From Chitinophagaceae bacterium (GTDB lineage: Bacteria > Bacteroidota > Bacteroidia > Chitinophagales > Chitinophagaceae), in assembly GCA_947459455.1 (NCBI GenBank), contig CANHEC010000001.1, positions 1 through 40,634 on the forward strand: DNA of 40,634 nt, given 5' to 3'. The position numbers and the translations under genes are program-made. Shown here in pieces: positions 39,212-40,634 of this stretch. Within the stretch, counting starts at the first letter, position 1. Each line of letters starts with the position of its first letter. The notes under the pieces are model-generated. The model saw nothing but the letters and a program-made list of their open reading frames with translations. It searched no databases and had not been told where the DNA came from.

Positions 39212-39373
39212 GCTTGCCGTGGCTATGGCAGTAGCTGCGAAAGCGGCCACACCAAATAGCGGAATAGTGCGTAGCTCTATTCGTAGATATACGCTATGCA
39301 TGCGCCGGCATGGCGTATAGTTTCGCCCTGTCGATGAGCTGATGCCCACTATGCTTTGCCATTTCGGTACGGT

Positions 39374-39387
39374 TTGACTTTCGTCAA
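39374..39387 (+). promoter_or_regulatory. TTGAC-N4-GTCAA palindrome upstream of the DUF2589 locus
   Basis: TTGAC-TTTC-GTCAA, the same box as at 31208 and 35292. Confidence 0.55.
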
Positions 39388-39492
39388 AAAATGTACCGAT
39401 AGCAACAATAAGGGATGAGGTTTACTTGACATTGCCTGCAGTGCACACTACTTTGATCTTCCTCTTTTTCATCACTCAAAAAACAAATCACT

Positions 39493-40185
39493 ATGGCTAC
39501 AAGTAAGTCAGCGGCGCCACGTCGGGCCCGCCCTGTTACCAAAGCTGCCACACCCCGTGTATCGCCTGCCGAAGCCACCGATGTGGCGGTAAAAGCGGTA
39601 CGCTCGGTAGCACCGCTGGGTAGCGGTGTCGGTCCGCTGCGTGGGCCCAGCACCAACCTGGTGTCCGAACTGAACAACATTAATTTCAGCAAAATGATTG
39701 GTGGTCCGCTACAGGCTGCCATCGAAGCGCAAACCGCTTCGGCCATGGCCACTGTCAACTTCATCAACCAGGTCGGTTTTACGGTAGACGAAAGCGGTAA
39801 GAAGGAGCTGGTCATGGTCGACTTTTCGCACAAGCGCAAAGACGTAAATGCAGACGGCACGCCCAAAGACACAGAAGTCTCCATCAGGGTACCGTTGTTG
39901 GCCATGCTGCCTATTCCTTCTATTCGCATTGAAACGGTAGACATCAATTTCAATGTGAAGCTGAACTCGGTAGAAACTGCCAACACCAGCGATAAGCTGA
40001 ATGTTGCGGCTGAAGTGAAAGGCGGCTTCGGGCCGGTCAGCTTCAAAGTGTCGGCTTCCTACCAGCGCCAAAGCAGCACCGGCGTGAGAGTAGAGAAGGA
40101 ATATGCCCTCAACGTGAAAGTGAAGGCTACACAGGATGAAATACCGGCAGGGCTGGAAAAGATCCTGAACATGCTTCAAAACTAG
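39493..40185 (+). CDS. DUF2589 family protein
   Basis: INFSKMIGGPLQAAIEAQ..TVNFINQVGF..VPLLAMLPIPSIRIETVDINFNVKL..PAGLEKILNML. Confidence 0.85.
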   Translation: MATSKSAAPRRARPVTKAATPRVSPAEATDVAVKAVRSVAPLGSGVGPLRGPSTNLVSELNNINFSKMIGGPLQAAIEAQTASAMATVNFINQVGFTVDESGKKELVMVDFSHKRKDVNADGTPKDTEVSIRVPLLAMLPIPSIRIETVDINFNVKLNSVETANTSDKLNVAAEVKGGFGPVSFKVSASYQRQSSTGVRVEKEYALNVKVKATQDEIPAGLEKILNMLQN

Positions 40186-40311
40186 GCTGGCAGCTACTCA
40201 GGCCGGCATGGCCGGCCAATGCTGCGGCTATTCCGCTTCTTCTTTTACGAAAGCTAACAGGCACATCGCCGCCTGGTGGTGGCCTGTTGCTTTCTTTCAA
40301 CTCCGCTATTC

Positions 40312-40634
40312 ATGATTACTGTATCGCAATACCTCTCGTTTATTTTCACCGAAATCACCCGGGCCCGGGTGCTGGCCGATACCGAAAGTCTGCGTATCGC
40401 CGACGAGTATGCCAAGAGTCCGCTGATGAAATACTTCTCAGTGCCGCGGTTCAAGATTCCTGAAATGGAACTGAGCATTCCGATGGTAATAGCGGGGGCA
40501 CAGTACAACAACATCTATTTTTTTACCTGGCCCGAAGATGATTACCAGAAGTTCATGTTCGATTTTGTGCAGCGCTTCGGACAGTTTTATCAAAAAACAC
40601 TGCCGTTGGAAAGTTCGGAGCTAAAGCTGGTACA
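40312..40634 (+). CDS. Hypothetical protein following DUF2589, truncated by the window end (absent from the ORF track)
   Basis: Open to the end of the window: MITVSQYLSFIFTEITRARVLADTESLRIADEYAKSPLMKYFSVPRFKIPEMELSIP... Confidence 0.75.
   Translation, partial: MITVSQYLSFIFTEITRARVLADTESLRIADEYAKSPLMKYFSVPRFKIPEMELSIPMVIAGAQYNNIYFFTWPEDDYQKFMFDFVQRFGQFYQKTLPLESSELKLV

Overview
A 40.6-kb chromosomal window from a Bacteroidota genome, probably Chitinophagaceae-like (T9SS C-terminal sorting domains, gldA, TAnnTTTG -7 promoters, AtpB with a signal peptide). It holds a split ATP synthase locus (atpBEFH at the left end and a lone, inverted atpA 31 kb away), a TonB receptor/2TM/TPR/wHTH cluster, and nth, ftsB, eno and gldA. 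A roughly 12-kb acetate/propionate module follows: PrpE-like ligase, receiver-only protein, CrbS-like Na+/solute-symporter histidine kinase, MHS-type MFS, putative porin, an IS1-InsA-like Zn-ribbon/HTH gene, and divergent acs. After it come alkB, two tandem paralogous T9SS-secreted proteins with long conserved leaders, an ATP-grasp protein and the start of a DUF2589 locus. No rRNA, tRNA, CRISPR array or intact IS was seen. Best leads: (1) a non-catalytic, transposase-derived DNA-binding protein that may be the missing output of the acetate-sensing system; (2) a TTGAC-N4-GTCAA box shared by both T9SS genes and the DUF2589 locus; (3) a ~150-bp structured element upstream of both halves of the split atp operon. 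Family assignments come from motif recognition by eye, not from database searches.
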